Under the pieces are notes generated by a model. That model was not told the origin of the DNA and made no database searches. It saw nothing but the letters and a program-made list of their open reading frames with translations. The position numbers and the translations under genes are program-made. This document shows positions 34,765-45,568 of a stretch of DNA of 61,113 bases, piece after piece. Position 1 is the first letter of the stretch. Every line of letters starts with the position of its first letter. The stretch is from a virus (Duplodnaviria > Caudoviricetes), in IMG/VR virus record IMGVR_UViG_3300032050_000141, positions 1 through 61,113 of that record; one strand, written 5' to 3'.

Positions 34765-35442
34765 TTACCGCATGTTCCCGCTGTACAGGTTGCGCAGGAG
34801 TCCGCGATTAGAACCAAGTCGCGGCGCCTCGGCGCTGTAGGCAGCACCGCCACGGTAGCCGCTGCCGGCGGCGAGGATGTCTCCGGAGGTGATGCCTTCG
34901 ATCGGACTGGACCCATGCTGGGCCTTGAGGGCAGCGTACCGCTCGGCTTGCGTGGGGCCGTAAGCAATGTCCATGACCGGTTCGTATGCGGCAGACGCAA
35001 ATCCGGTAAGCGTGTTAACCCAAAAGTCCTGCTTGGCACGCTTCATGTATGCGTCGATGTTGGCGCGTGACCTTTGGTAGGCGGCGTCCTGCTTGGAAAT
35101 CTCCGTCCGCTTCTGCGTGTCGAGGGTTTCGTTTGCAACCCGTAACTGCGTATCCATCGCGCCCGCCTTGACCTGTGACTCTCGGCGCGACTGAACGTCT
35201 TGGGCCCTTGCCTTGACGGCTTTCTGCTGGTACTCCGCACTGTCGAGGTCGAACTGGTTGCGAATCTGCCCCGATGCGTCATCGGACAGGGCTCTGGCAA
35301 ACGCCGATCGGCTGGCATTTGGTCCCGAGTAGGCCGCCGGAACCTGCGATACGCCACGCACAAGCCCGGCCGTGAACGGAGATTCCGTTCGGATGTTGCT
35401 GCCGTAGTTGTCTTTGGGCTGTTTTGGGAACATGGTCGCCAT
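34765..35442 (-). CDS. Putative ejection/pilot protein
   Basis: Helical, position after tail genes. Confidence 0.55.
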   Translation of the reverse strand: MATMFPKQPKDNYGSNIRTESPFTAGLVRGVSQVPAAYSGPNASRSAFARALSDDASGQIRNQFDLDSAEYQQKAVKARAQDVQSRRESQVKAGAMDTQLRVANETLDTQKRTEISKQDAAYQRSRANIDAYMKRAKQDFWVNTLTGFASAAYEPVMDIAYGPTQAERYAALKAQHGSSPIEGITSGDILAAGSGYRGGAAYSAEAPRLGSNRGLLRNLYSGNMR

Positions 35443-35468
35443 GTTTATGGGCAGTTTGCCGGAGGATT

Positions 35469-36623
35469 CTACGTTTTAATGTAGTAGTACACAGCCATGT
35501 TTTTCGGCCGAGTTTCGGTGTCGCCGCCCCCATTGATGGTCACGACATGCTGGTGGGTGCCGGCATATTCCGAATATGTGGTGGCATTGGCGTTCGGGCC
35601 GCCCTCATAGCCGTATGGCTCCGGCGCTCCGGCGTTATAGGACACGACGATTCCGTGACGGTGAGCGCCTGTTTCGTCTGTGATTCCAGTAAATCCGTTG
35701 CTGGGAAGCGCCGTGCGATGGGCCTGACGGGCGCCGATAGCCCCCGAAACAGCGGCTGTATCTACCCCGTGCGTGCCAAAGCCGCGAAGGAAATGTCCGC
35801 GAAAGTCCGGAACGTTGAAGTTGCTGCCGCTTCCGCCGTAGGAGTACCCGATGACGTTGAACAGGGCCAAATAGTTGTCGGTGAGGTAGGAGCCGCCGTT
35901 GCACAGCAGCCATCCGGACGGCTGCGTGAGAACGTTGGCGAACGCCATCACGGCACCAGCGGGCACAGCCCAGTTGGTTGGGGATGTGGTCACCGACCCG
36001 TCGATCCAGCCCAGCACGTTTCCTATTGTTCCGTCTGCTAGCACAACGCCGAGGGTTTGGAGAGTCCGAACGACCAACTCCAGCGTGGTCTGTTGGGCGT
36101 CTTCTGTGATAGTGCCGGTTACCAGCCCCTGTGGCGACTGCACCACCAGCGGAACGGCGTCCACTGACTTGGTGGACTGGTTGATTCGGAGATGCGAGCC
36201 GGTCTTGGCACCAAGTTTCATGCTGACGGTGGCAACGGCCGCTTCCGAGATGACTTGGTTCTCGACGTTGATGTAGTCGCCGCCGGCCACGGCGTTCTTG
36301 GAGAGCGGCGGCACGGGCGTGACGGGCTGCGAATCCTTGTATGGATGATCGTCCGGAGCCCCGGCGAACTGACCGGGGCTGGACTGGAGCCGCGCCTGAT
36401 ACGGGGCCTCGCTGGAGTAATCCAGATTCGTCAGCAGGTACTTTCGGGTGTCGCTGTCGATGAGCCGCAACTGGTCGCGGGGTGTTGCGTCCGCGATGTC
36501 TCGGGATTGCGAGAACTGCGGAGTAGCGGCATTGGCTATGGCGTTGGCGATTACGCGGCTGGCCGCTGGCGTAATGCCGCCGTCAATGAGGGCCTGAATC
36601 AGCGCGTTGTTGTCAACCGCCAT
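35469..36623 (-). CDS. Tail fibre protein with tail-collar domain
   Basis: PAGAVMAFA...PSGWLLCNG...YLALFNVIGYSYGG...FNVPDFRGHFLRG; ETRPKNMAVYYYIK. Confidence 0.85.
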   Translation of the reverse strand: MAVDNNALIQALIDGGITPAASRVIANAIANAATPQFSQSRDIADATPRDQLRLIDSDTRKYLLTNLDYSSEAPYQARLQSSPGQFAGAPDDHPYKDSQPVTPVPPLSKNAVAGGDYINVENQVISEAAVATVSMKLGAKTGSHLRINQSTKSVDAVPLVVQSPQGLVTGTITEDAQQTTLELVVRTLQTLGVVLADGTIGNVLGWIDGSVTTSPTNWAVPAGAVMAFANVLTQPSGWLLCNGGSYLTDNYLALFNVIGYSYGGSGSNFNVPDFRGHFLRGFGTHGVDTAAVSGAIGARQAHRTALPSNGFTGITDETGAHRHGIVVSYNAGAPEPYGYEGGPNANATTYSEYAGTHQHVVTINGGGDTETRPKNMAVYYYIKT

Positions 36624-39600
36624 TGTCCAGAACCCCGTTCACTTCCAGCCCGTACAGCAGCACCTCTGATGGGGCCGAGTCTGCGGTTCCTGCCAGCACA
36701 GAAGGCCCGCTCAACTCGACGGCAACATGCCTGTCTGCGCCGCCCATGTCGGAGTAGTTGCGGCCGGCAAACTGGGCTTTGGCCACGCCGGTTGACAGCC
36801 CCAGCGACGATCGGGTGGAAGACATGTTGAGCCGCGTCTTCGCCCCCGTCGTGTCGTGGACGAAGCCCGTCCCACGGTCCCGGGCCATAACATTGATCCG
36901 GGGCTGCGGGGAGTTGTTGAAGAACTCCCTCAAATACAGGTCGCTGTTTGTCTCCGTTGGCCGGTAGATCACCGACACGCTGCGATCCTGCATAGCGTCC
37001 TTGGTGTTGGCGTTGCCGTCGTTCACCAGTTCCATTGCTCCGGTCCGCACGGCGTATGGGACGCTGACTTGCGTGAAGTCCCCGCTGGCTTGGTACAGGT
37101 CGTGACACACAGCCGACGCGGTGGCTGTTGTTCCAGACGGAGGCGGCGCAATCGTGAGGGTGACAGCAGGGTTCAGCACGCCCGCCGTCACCACGCCGTA
37201 CCCGAAGCCCGGCTCATCAATCAGAATTTCGCTGACGGCACCATTAACCACGACCGCCGTAAAACTGGCGCCACAACCATTTTGTCCAGAAGCAACCGTG
37301 ACTTCCGGGGCCGCCTTGTAGCCGGACCCGCCGTTGGTCACAGTCACGCTCTTGAGTGAACGGTACGTGTAGTCTCGCAGCCCGCCCTCGCGGTACAGGT
37401 CGCCATCGACGGCCCCGTACACCACACGGTCTTGCTCGGTGAATGACCGGCGGTAGTTGATTGCGCACGTCAAACCATTTGGCCATGATTCGGTCCACCA
37501 AGTCTTCAGGTCGATGTGGTAGCAGAACGCCATGTTGGGGGACGTTGCGTTAGACCCCTTGGTCACTACGAATGCCCGCAGGATGCTGTTCCGCTGGTCT
37601 ACCTTGACGAAGAACTTCTTCCGATAATTCAGGTCGAGCAGTCCGAGGTCGAAGTAGTTGCGGATGGGGTCCGACAGGCTCTCGACATTACCAGACCGCT
37701 CCATCACGTAGATGCCGCGCTCGTCCATGGCGTACACGCGGTCATCAAACATGTCATAGCAGCCCTGCGAAAGCATGCCGCGATTGGCCAACAACTGGAT
37801 GCTGGCATCCACCGTGGGGTCGGTGTTGTAGGACAATCCGTAACAGTGGCTGTTCTGCATGCACAGGAGGTATGTGGCATACGGAATCAGACCGACCAGC
37901 GAATCAGTGGTCTTCTGGTTGTTCTGGATGGCGATTTCGTTCTCTGCTGGGCAGGACTCAAACTCGTCAAACTCCGAGAAAAACACGCTGTTTGCGTTTT
38001 CGCCGCTGGTGCTGACGGCATACCAAAGCCGGTCGCCGTAGGCCGCACACACCGACATGTCGTTGCGGGGAACCCCGAATCGGTAGGCATTCAGCCCGCC
38101 GTTTGGCAGAACCACCGGCATGGCGGCATAGAACGGACGGTTCGGGTTGAACAGGTCTTCGTCGGTCATCGTGTCCGAGCCCACGATGTTCACCGAATTG
38201 CCGGCCACCTTGCCGTATTGCTCCAGCCTGTAGAACACCAGAGACTCGTCACCGCTGGTTCTGAAAAACTCCACTACCGTGGCGCGGCTTGGGGGCTGCA
38301 CTCCCGACAGGTTCCACACCATCTGCGTGGGCCTCGGCACGGCGGCAAACTGCGTCGTGTCAACGTCCGTAATTGGCGAGAAGTTGGAGTAGAAGATCGG
38401 CTTGGTCATGTCCCGGACGATGGCCGGGGCCGTGCCAGTCACGGTGGCGGCGGCCGACAGCGTGATGGTGCTGCCGGAGATCGACACGATTTTGGCCATG
38501 AACGGCACGTTGTCGGACTCGATGACGATTCCCGGGGCCAGCCCGACAGTGTTCGACACGGTGGCCGTGGTGCTGCCGCTCGTCGTGGTGATGTTTGGCC
38601 GCGAGAGTTCGGTCATTGACCAGTCCGCAAACCGATAGGCACACCGATACGTGCCCCGCATAGCGGGACGCATCACGGGGATCAGTTTGGCTGTCTGCGA
38701 ATCGGCCGTAATAAGCGGCGACTGCGTGAACCCGCTGCCGCCGTTCGTGATGTTGATGGCCGAAATAGTTCCGTTGGACACCACTGGGTCCAGCGTCAGG
38801 CCGTACCCGTTGCCCGAGTATTTCAACTGCGGCGTGCCGTAGTAGTTGGTGCCTGCGCTCGAAATCTGCACGCTGGTGATAGAGGTCGTGGTGGCCGGCT
38901 GCGTAATCTGCCGGGCCGTGAACGTGTACGTGTAGCCATCGGTGAACGTGGCTGACGATGGCGGCGATGTGTTTTCGCTGCGCTGCCGCAGCGTGAACGC
39001 AGCCGTGTCGCCCGTCAGGAAGTTGCTGCCCGGGATCGACACTGTTGGTGTCCCAAGCACCGCCCCCGGCGGCCCCTGCTGCCCGTCAACGAGAGTGTTG
39101 GCCCAAAAGTAAAGCCGCTGCCGGTACTGGCTAAACGTTTTTGTGAACCGCGCCGGATTAAACGTCTGCTGGTACTCTGCCGTGTAGGTTGGAGCGGCAG
39201 GGTTTTTGTCAATGTTGGCCCACGCTACCGTGCCGCTTACGGGGTTGCCGGAGGCCGGGCGAAGAATCGAGCCGTCCGCGTGCATGGATGCGTCGGTGGT
39301 GTTGAGCGAATACCCGGTCGCCCAAAACGATGAGGCAGCGTTGATTTGGTCGAACTGAAGGGCGAAGAACGTCTGCTGCTCCATGCCGCTGCCGGGGTCG
39401 ATGACCGCAACGGTGTCCTTCGTAATGCCGGGCGAGGCTGTTCCGGGGGCCGTGCGAAAGTTGACGATGGGCCTCTTGGCCACGCCGGTTTCTGCGGCTC
39501 CGGCCGTCCACCAGCCCTTGGCGGTGTTGGTGGTAGCGGCATTGGCGGTCGGATTGGTTTCTCCCGGACGAGTGGCGCCTACCGTCCGGCGCCAACCAAC

Positions 39601-41607
39601 GTTCAGTTGGTTGTCCGCAATCCCGCTCAACCAACTGTCGGGGCAGTACAGCAGCCAGATGCGAACTGTCGGGGCCCGGTATCCGGGGTATGTCGTGTAG
39701 TTGGTGGTTGACGTTTTCTTGGCCGGCGTCAGCGTCACCTCGATATACGGCGCGCCGCCGCTGGTCTGCACGGGCACCGTGATCCACACCCACTTGTCCT
39801 CGGTGTCGGTCGCGGACTCCAGTTCCGCCCGACTTCCCGTGTAATACCGCAGCGAAATCTTGCTGTAGTCCCACGTATACAGGTCGGCATAGCGATCGTA
39901 GACCGGCCCCGGGACGTTGTTGGTGGCGCCGTATGAGCCGCGATTGATCTTGGCACGGCTATGGAAATTGACCTGAAAGTTGGGCGTGAACGCGGCAAAG
40001 AAATCGTAGTTGTTGTTCCACCACTGATAGTCGGCGTAATACCACGTTCCGTTGACGAGATCGTTTGGCCGCTGCGAGCAATCGTCTGTGTCGATGAAAT
40101 AGTCGAACGATGTGCCGGTGGCTAGCGTGGAGACTGCTGTGCCAAAGAACGCGCCGCTGGGCCTCACTGGCCACGTTGGGTCTTGCGTGGTTGCGGTCGT
40201 GACGCTGTTGGACAGCGAGCCAGTCTGCATCGAGAACGACACAAGAGCCGACGCGCCGCTGCCTACCGAAGACCCTCCCGGGGTAAGCGGGATCAGTGCC
40301 GAGTAGGTGGATGTCGTGCTATCAAACGTGGCGGTAGCGCCCTGCGTGAAGGTGAGCGTGACGGTCGCGCTGGCTGTTGCTGCCTGCGAGATAGTGACCG
40401 TGCCGGTCGTGGGGTCTACGGCCGACACCGTGGTGTTGGCGGGGATTCCCGTGCCAGTGACGCGAGCCCCAACCAGAATGCGGGACGCATTTCCAACGGA
40501 TGTCAGGGCGGTGCTGGTGTTTGTGGTCCCCGTAGCCGTGAACGTGTAGGCAATCGTCGTGGAGCCCGGGTCCACCACGTAAGCGTGCGAGAAACTGGCG
40601 TTCGTTGACCCTGTTCGGACTGGCTCGTTGAACGTCAGCGTGACCGTTCCGTTCGCGGTGGCGAGCGACGGGCTGATGGAAAAACTATTGGTAGTTGTTG
40701 TGACGCTGGCCACGACAGCGTTTGCCGGAATGCCGGTGCCGGTAACCCTCGCCCCCACCCGCACCTTGTTGATGTTCCCAACGGCGGTGATGTTAGACCC
40801 GTTTAGGGATGTGGTGCCGGTGGTGGTAAACACTGGCTCCAGCCCCTGAAGGCCGGGGTCGATGCCAATGATTCCGTATGCCCGGAACCCAACCCCCTTC
40901 ACCGAAGACTCGTCTACGGTAAGGGTGGGAGCCGTCTGGTAGCCGGAGCCGCCGTCAATGACATCGACGGCCGTGACCGATCCGCCCTGCACGATGGCCT
41001 TTAGCCGCGCGTCACGCACGCGGGCGCCGCCGCCAGTGATGACGATTGGCGGGGCGGCCCAGTACGATCCGCCGCCGTCCAGAACGTCTACCCTCTCGAT
41101 GAAGTAGCCGTTCCCACTAGGCGTAACCGATGGAGCCACGGTCGGCGCCTGCAAGCCCATGACGATGGCCTGCTTTGTAGTTCGCGGCATGGCCAGAGGG
41201 TCCACGCCGTTCCCGTGGAAGATGTAGATGCGTCCGTGCCGGTCCTCGGCAAACGATGGGCTTACCAGAGAATCGGTCGTGACAACGTATGAGGGCGAGA
41301 ATGCCCACGCGATTTCGTTGTTGGTTTCAGTTGGCGACTGATACCGAATGGTCGTTTGTGTGGCTGAAGTCCGGGAGCAAACGATGAGGTCATCGCCGGA
41401 GTTCACGCTGTTGCTGACGCGGTAGACCCCGATGATGCCGCTGTAGTCGTTGCTGGTGAAGATGGCTTCCATGCCCGGCCGCTGGCGCAACTCGCCCGGC
41501 CGCTTGATCTGGAGATTGTTGTGCCGGACCGTAGCCCCCGGCGGCAAAACATAGGGGCTGATTGCGGTGGCGAGGCCCTTCCAGTTGTCGATCCTGACGC
41601 CCGGCAT
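36613..41607 (-). CDS. Large tail nozzle / stabilisation protein with inserted beta-repeat domains
   Basis: Start MPGVRIDNWKGL (41607); propeller-like C-terminal part (RLWYA, VFFSE); GGSGY..AP.VT and VGARVTGTGIPAN repeats. Confidence 0.7.
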   Translation of the reverse strand: MPGVRIDNWKGLATAISPYVLPPGATVRHNNLQIKRPGELRQRPGMEAIFTSNDYSGIIGVYRVSNSVNSGDDLIVCSRTSATQTTIRYQSPTETNNEIAWAFSPSYVVTTDSLVSPSFAEDRHGRIYIFHGNGVDPLAMPRTTKQAIVMGLQAPTVAPSVTPSGNGYFIERVDVLDGGGSYWAAPPIVITGGGARVRDARLKAIVQGGSVTAVDVIDGGSGYQTAPTLTVDESSVKGVGFRAYGIIGIDPGLQGLEPVFTTTGTTSLNGSNITAVGNINKVRVGARVTGTGIPANAVVASVTTTTNSFSISPSLATANGTVTLTFNEPVRTGSTNASFSHAYVVDPGSTTIAYTFTATGTTNTSTALTSVGNASRILVGARVTGTGIPANTTVSAVDPTTGTVTISQAATASATVTLTFTQGATATFDSTTSTYSALIPLTPGGSSVGSGASALVSFSMQTGSLSNSVTTATTQDPTWPVRPSGAFFGTAVSTLATGTSFDYFIDTDDCSQRPNDLVNGTWYYADYQWWNNNYDFFAAFTPNFQVNFHSRAKINRGSYGATNNVPGPVYDRYADLYTWDYSKISLRYYTGSRAELESATDTEDKWVWITVPVQTSGGAPYIEVTLTPAKKTSTTNYTTYPGYRAPTVRIWLLYCPDSWLSGIADNQLNVGWRRTVGATRPGETNPTANAATTNTAKGWWTAGAAETGVAKRPIVNFRTAPGTASPGITKDTVAVIDPGSGMEQQTFFALQFDQINAASSFWATGYSLNTTDASMHADGSILRPASGNPVSGTVAWANIDKNPAAPTYTAEYQQTFNPARFTKTFSQYRQRLYFWANTLVDGQQGPPGAVLGTPTVSIPGSNFLTGDTAAFTLRQRSENTSPPSSATFTDGYTYTFTARQITQPATTTSITSVQISSAGTNYYGTPQLKYSGNGYGLTLDPVVSNGTISAINITNGGSGFTQSPLITADSQTAKLIPVMRPAMRGTYRCAYRFADWSMTELSRPNITTTSGSTTATVSNTVGLAPGIVIESDNVPFMAKIVSISGSTITLSAAATVTGTAPAIVRDMTKPIFYSNFSPITDVDTTQFAAVPRPTQMVWNLSGVQPPSRATVVEFFRTSGDESLVFYRLEQYGKVAGNSVNIVGSDTMTDEDLFNPNRPFYAAMPVVLPNGGLNAYRFGVPRNDMSVCAAYGDRLWYAVSTSGENANSVFFSEFDEFESCPAENEIAIQNNQKTTDSLVGLIPYATYLLCMQNSHCYGLSYNTDPTVDASIQLLANRGMLSQGCYDMFDDRVYAMDERGIYVMERSGNVESLSDPIRNYFDLGLLDLNYRKKFFVKVDQRNSILRAFVVTKGSNATSPNMAFCYHIDLKTWWTESWPNGLTCAINYRRSFTEQDRVVYGAVDGDLYREGGLRDYTYRSLKSVTVTNGGSGYKAAPEVTVASGQNGCGASFTAVVVNGAVSEILIDEPGFGYGVVTAGVLNPAVTLTIAPPPSGTTATASAVCHDLYQASGDFTQVSVPYAVRTGAMELVNDGNANTKDAMQDRSVSVIYRPTETNSDLYLREFFNNSPQPRINVMARDRGTGFVHDTTGAKTRLNMSSTRSSLGLSTGVAKAQFAGRNYSDMGGADRHVAVELSGPSVLAGTADSAPSEVLLYGLEVNGVLDNGG

Positions 41608-41609
41608 GG

Positions 41610-42743
41610 TCACCCCACATCCGGCAGAAGCGGCGAGTAGTAGCCCATGGTGCGGGGCGTCGGGTACTGCCTCCGGACGCGGCCGGCGGCCGGGCTGATG
41701 GTGTCGTTCTCCATTGCCAGCCGCAGGTCGCGGTTGAGGACGGCTGCGGCTTGGTTTGCATCCTTGCCGACCAGCCGGGCGTACCACATTTCGGTGGCAG
41801 ACAGGATGGCCGTGTACATCGTGGGGCTCGCGTCGATGATGCTGGAGATGGCGTACTTGACGTTTGTCATGGCCGGCAGCGCCGTGTCCACGGTCAGCGT
41901 GGTGTCATTGACTCGCTCGACCACACGCCGCTCATGCACAAATGGGTTCAGGGCGCCAATTGGGTCGGCGTCCGTGCTGGCGGTCCCGAAGCGAATGACG
42001 GCGCCTTCAAGGTCTGGCGGCAGGGTTGTTCCAGAGAACGTCACCGTAGTGAAGTTGGGGCTGGCCACGGTCGCCGTTCCGGCCCGGCAGGACGGCTCAT
42101 AGCCCATGAGTTTGATGGGCAGCGGGGTGTAGCGGTACAGGTAGTACACGACCGTGCCGTTGGTGGGCACGCCCACGAATCGGATTTGCCACCGCTGCGG
42201 GTCGGTGTCGCTCCGCATAACCGTGTAGTAGTAGGGCTCGCCGGCGCCACGGGTGTTGATCTGGAGTTGCTGCCACTCCTGCGGCTGGATGTAGCAGTAC
42301 AGAGTGCCGACGGTTTCGGTGATGAGCCCGTCCACATCCTTCAGGTTTGCCGGCAGGTCATAAAACGTCTGCGCCAGCACCGTTACGTTGGAGCCGTCTG
42401 CAACAGCGGGGCGGTCGAGCGTGACTTGATTACCGCTGACTGACACGATCCGAGGCGCCATGCTGAAGTAGCCATTGGCCCCAAAGATCACCAGCCTCCC
42501 CTTCACGAACCCTGTGGCACTGGCCACCGTGATGACGGGGCTTCCACTGACGATGGTCGCCGTGGTGCTGACTTGGTTGGTCGTGAACGTGCCCTCGGTG
42601 GTGTGCCAAAGCCAGTCGCGTGTCTGATAGATGTCCCGGCAGGCGCTGACAACGGCCGTGCGGACAGCCCGATGCTCCCCGTCCTGCGCACCGCCACCGG
42701 TCGCGGTCAGCAGAAAATCCACAACATCTTGTGCTGTGTTCAT
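41610..42743 (-). CDS. Head-tail adaptor (tail tubular protein A-like)
   Basis: Position after portal; RDWLWH, YDLPANL, GEPYYY. Confidence 0.65.
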   Translation of the reverse strand: MNTAQDVVDFLLTATGGGAQDGEHRAVRTAVVSACRDIYQTRDWLWHTTEGTFTTNQVSTTATIVSGSPVITVASATGFVKGRLVIFGANGYFSMAPRIVSVSGNQVTLDRPAVADGSNVTVLAQTFYDLPANLKDVDGLITETVGTLYCYIQPQEWQQLQINTRGAGEPYYYTVMRSDTDPQRWQIRFVGVPTNGTVVYYLYRYTPLPIKLMGYEPSCRAGTATVASPNFTTVTFSGTTLPPDLEGAVIRFGTASTDADPIGALNPFVHERRVVERVNDTTLTVDTALPAMTNVKYAISSIIDASPTMYTAILSATEMWYARLVGKDANQAAAVLNRDLRLAMENDTISPAAGRVRRQYPTPRTMGYYSPLLPDVG

Positions 42744-43402
42744 GCCTTCGGCCTCTTGTACCCGTACTTGTCCTTCACCATCTCCCGGAGGTCTTTATCC
42801 TTCATCTTGCTGGCCTTGGGGTTGTGAGCCCGCTCGGCCGCCATCATCTGATTGGTCAGGCGTGCAGACAGCCGCTTCCTCTTGGGGGGCGGCATGGCAA
42901 CACCCTTGTGATCCACGATCCCCTGAATCGTCAGGTTGCGCTCGCGGGCAACCTTCTTGATGTCAGCGACCGAATCAACCCATGCGGCCGGGTCGCGGTG
43001 GCCACGCTTGTCTGCGAGCCCGCTCATGTAGTACCGACCACTTACGTTGATACCGGATGCCCGTGCCTCGCGCAGGATGCGGTCCGCGTGATCCTTGGGC
43101 ATATCGTCCAGCCACTCTTGATTGGTTCTTCCCTGCATTAACGCCCGGTCCGTTCCCCTGACTCCGGGCGGCTGTTGGAGGGCGCACATCTCCGCGAACC
43201 TCGGCGTCTGTCCGTCGGACAGCATACGCAAATACCTCTCCTGCACATCCCTGCCGGCGAGAGCGATGCTTGCGGGAATTTCGACGGGCGTGGGCTTTGA
43301 GGTATCGCACGGCCCGGAGCAATCCGGCGAGGTTGTCGCCAAATCTGGCGAGGGCTGCGTTGCATCCAGTACAGAGGAGTCCACGGATGACATTCGTTTC
43401 AT
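42740..43402 (-). CDS. Conserved hypothetical protein after portal (start uncertain)
   Basis: Protein-like sequence from VEIPASI onward; ATGA coupling to adaptor. Confidence 0.65.
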   Translation of the reverse strand: MKRMSSVDSSVLDATQPSPDLATTSPDCSGPCDTSKPTPVEIPASIALAGRDVQERYLRMLSDGQTPRFAEMCALQQPPGVRGTDRALMQGRTNQEWLDDMPKDHADRILREARASGINVSGRYYMSGLADKRGHRDPAAWVDSVADIKKVARERNLTIQGIVDHKGVAMPPPKRKRLSARLTNQMMAAERAHNPKASKMKDKDLREMVKDKYGYKRPKA

Positions 43403-43547
43403 GGCAGTGGTCTACACAGACGCGGCGATTGCTGTTGCATATCTCGCATCTACCGTTGTTTCTGGACGCAATCCGGTCGAATGCGGCCTGACTAATCCGG
43501 TAGCGGCTCCAGAAATTGTGCCACCGCTTCCGTTGTTTGGCGTCCAC
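42975..43547 (-). CDS. Endonuclease VII-family (homing-type) nuclease
   Basis: RYRI...GRCEIC...VDHCHETNVIRGLLCTGCNAALARFGDN...AVRYL. Confidence 0.9.
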   Translation of the reverse strand: MDAKQRKRWHNFWSRYRISQAAFDRIASRNNGRCEICNSNRRVCVDHCHETNVIRGLLCTGCNAALARFGDNLAGLLRAVRYLKAHARRNSRKHRSRRQGCAGEVFAYAVRRTDAEVRGDVRPPTAARSQGNGPGVNAGKNQSRVAGRYAQGSRGPHPARGTGIRYQRKWSVLHERARRQAWPPRPGRMG

Positions 43548-45568
43548 TACGCCGGGCCCGGGGGCGGCGGGGGCTCCGTTCCCTCCCCGCCCGCCGCTGC
43601 CTGCTCACCGGGGGGAGGACCGGGTGGCGGCGCGGCGGGCGGGGGCGGGGGTGGAGGTATCAAGTAGGCGGACGGGTCGATGTCGAGGGATTCGGCCCAG
43701 TCCCGCATGAGGGCGTTGTACGGGTCTACCATCCCGGCACTGACCAGCCCCGAAACGATGGGGCCAAGCGTCTGCACGGCCATCTGCATCTGCTCCACCC
43801 GAGTGGCCTTGTTGGGCTTGCGGGCGCTTCCGGCCTCGATGCGGTAGATGAAGTCCCGGGTGAGGGAAATCAAGTCCATGCCGGCGACGTTCTGCTTCCA
43901 CGCAATGGCGCCAATGGGCCCAAGGACCGGAACAACGTCCTCTGCTTCCAGCAGCCACCGGGCCGCCAACGCCTCCCGGCGAGCCAGCAGCGACATGGCG
44001 TCTTCCAGTTGGTTCGCCATGTTGTCTGGACGAACGCTCACGTTCTCTTGTTTGATCTGCGCTTCGCTGGCACTCCTGAAGGAACTTCTGGAGTAGCCGT
44101 AGACGAGTTCCGACAGGCCCGTGCGGTGGGCAAACAGGTCTGACACGGCGCTGATGATGTCCCACAAATCCTTCGTGACTTGCGGCATCTGGAACACGGA
44201 CATGATGTCGTTGACGCCACGACCAAGGAGTTCGGAAATCTCGATGATCTTGAACCCGCCCTCGGACGGGGCGAGGATTTGATCCTTGATCGTCTGGTCT
44301 GCCGCCTTCTGGACGGCAATCATTGTCTCGCACGACGTTGCAATACGGGTGGCCGCGAACGACATCGCCCAGTTCAGTAGGCGAAGTTCTCCGATAGCGG
44401 GCCGGATGTGGGAGATCGGGTAGGAGTAGCCCGGTTTCCAGTGGAACCAGAGCGGCGTGAACGGCCAGCCAAAGTGGTCGCAGTAGAACGGGATGGGCCA
44501 CGCGGTCTTGGCGAGAAGTTCGGCCGGCAGCGCACCGGTCCCGTCATCGCCGCCCTGCATTGCTTGTTCCAGCAGTGCCGGCGGCATGTTGAGGGGATAG
44601 TCCATGCCCTCGCAGATGACCACGTAGCAGTATTTGCCCAGTTGGTCGAAGACGCCACGATGCTCTTTGGGGGCGTTCTTGAAGCGGTCGCCCATGCCGC
44701 ATTTCGACCAAATCTTGTAGATCGTGACGAGATCGTTGGTCGTTTCGATGTTTCCCTTGGATCGCTTGCTCTTGGGCTCGCGGTCCAGTTTCACCTCGGC
44801 GTTGTTGTTCTGGTGCTTCCGAAGTTCTTCCTCGTCAATGCCGTATTCCTCGGCCACCTGCTCCAGCGGCAGCACGCACTTGCGGGCACACCAGAGGATG
44901 TCATCCATGTTGTCCCAGTCGGGGTCCATGAGGAAGTTGTCTACGGTGTCATAGAAACTTCCGACCATCCGGACCGGCGGGGTTTGGCCGTCGCTGGTGG
45001 TGTCGAGCGTGACCATCTCGGTCCACATCACGCTCATGCCCTTGATAAGGGCTTCTCGCACCCACTTCTGGCCTTGCTTCTTCAGGTCGAGTTCTTGCGG
45101 GGTCCAGTTCAGATACTTCTCCAGCAACATCGCAGTGCCGCGCCGCTGCTCTTTCATCTGCGACTCTTGCAGTGCCATCTGCAAGATTTGCTGCTGCTCC
45201 GGCGGCAGCATTCGCGGGTCCATTCCCGGCTGCGGGAAGATGCCCAGCGTTTCCGGGGGCAGGTCCGGATGCTCCATGACCGACACGGTTCGGACCGGAT
45301 TGCGGTGGTACATCACTGCGCCATAGATGTCCACCAGTTCAAAAACCTTGTTCACCTGTATACGAAAATTAGGCGGGGCGATGCTGGAGTTGTAGCCCTT
45401 CTCCCCTCGCGCATAGGAGTCCCGCCACATCCAGTTATGTTCCCCGTCAAAGAACATGCTGGCTTCCTTCGCGTCTTCCGTGAAGGGCCGCTTGTACTTC
45501 CCGGCAGCGTTCAGTTTCTTGACCCACGTTTGGGTCAACTGCCGAAGCAGATCACTTACTGCCGACAT
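43547..45568 (-). CDS. Portal protein
   Basis: 673 aa, next to terminase; P22/T7-like features (FLMDP, TGLSE..G, SASEAQIKQ, IEAGS), Pro-rich tail. Confidence 0.8.
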   Translation of the reverse strand: MSAVSDLLRQLTQTWVKKLNAAGKYKRPFTEDAKEASMFFDGEHNWMWRDSYARGEKGYNSSIAPPNFRIQVNKVFELVDIYGAVMYHRNPVRTVSVMEHPDLPPETLGIFPQPGMDPRMLPPEQQQILQMALQESQMKEQRRGTAMLLEKYLNWTPQELDLKKQGQKWVREALIKGMSVMWTEMVTLDTTSDGQTPPVRMVGSFYDTVDNFLMDPDWDNMDDILWCARKCVLPLEQVAEEYGIDEEELRKHQNNNAEVKLDREPKSKRSKGNIETTNDLVTIYKIWSKCGMGDRFKNAPKEHRGVFDQLGKYCYVVICEGMDYPLNMPPALLEQAMQGGDDGTGALPAELLAKTAWPIPFYCDHFGWPFTPLWFHWKPGYSYPISHIRPAIGELRLLNWAMSFAATRIATSCETMIAVQKAADQTIKDQILAPSEGGFKIIEISELLGRGVNDIMSVFQMPQVTKDLWDIISAVSDLFAHRTGLSELVYGYSRSSFRSASEAQIKQENVSVRPDNMANQLEDAMSLLARREALAARWLLEAEDVVPVLGPIGAIAWKQNVAGMDLISLTRDFIYRIEAGSARKPNKATRVEQMQMAVQTLGPIVSGLVSAGMVDPYNALMRDWAESLDIDPSAYLIPPPPPPPAAPPPGPPPGEQAAAGGEGTEPPPPPGPA

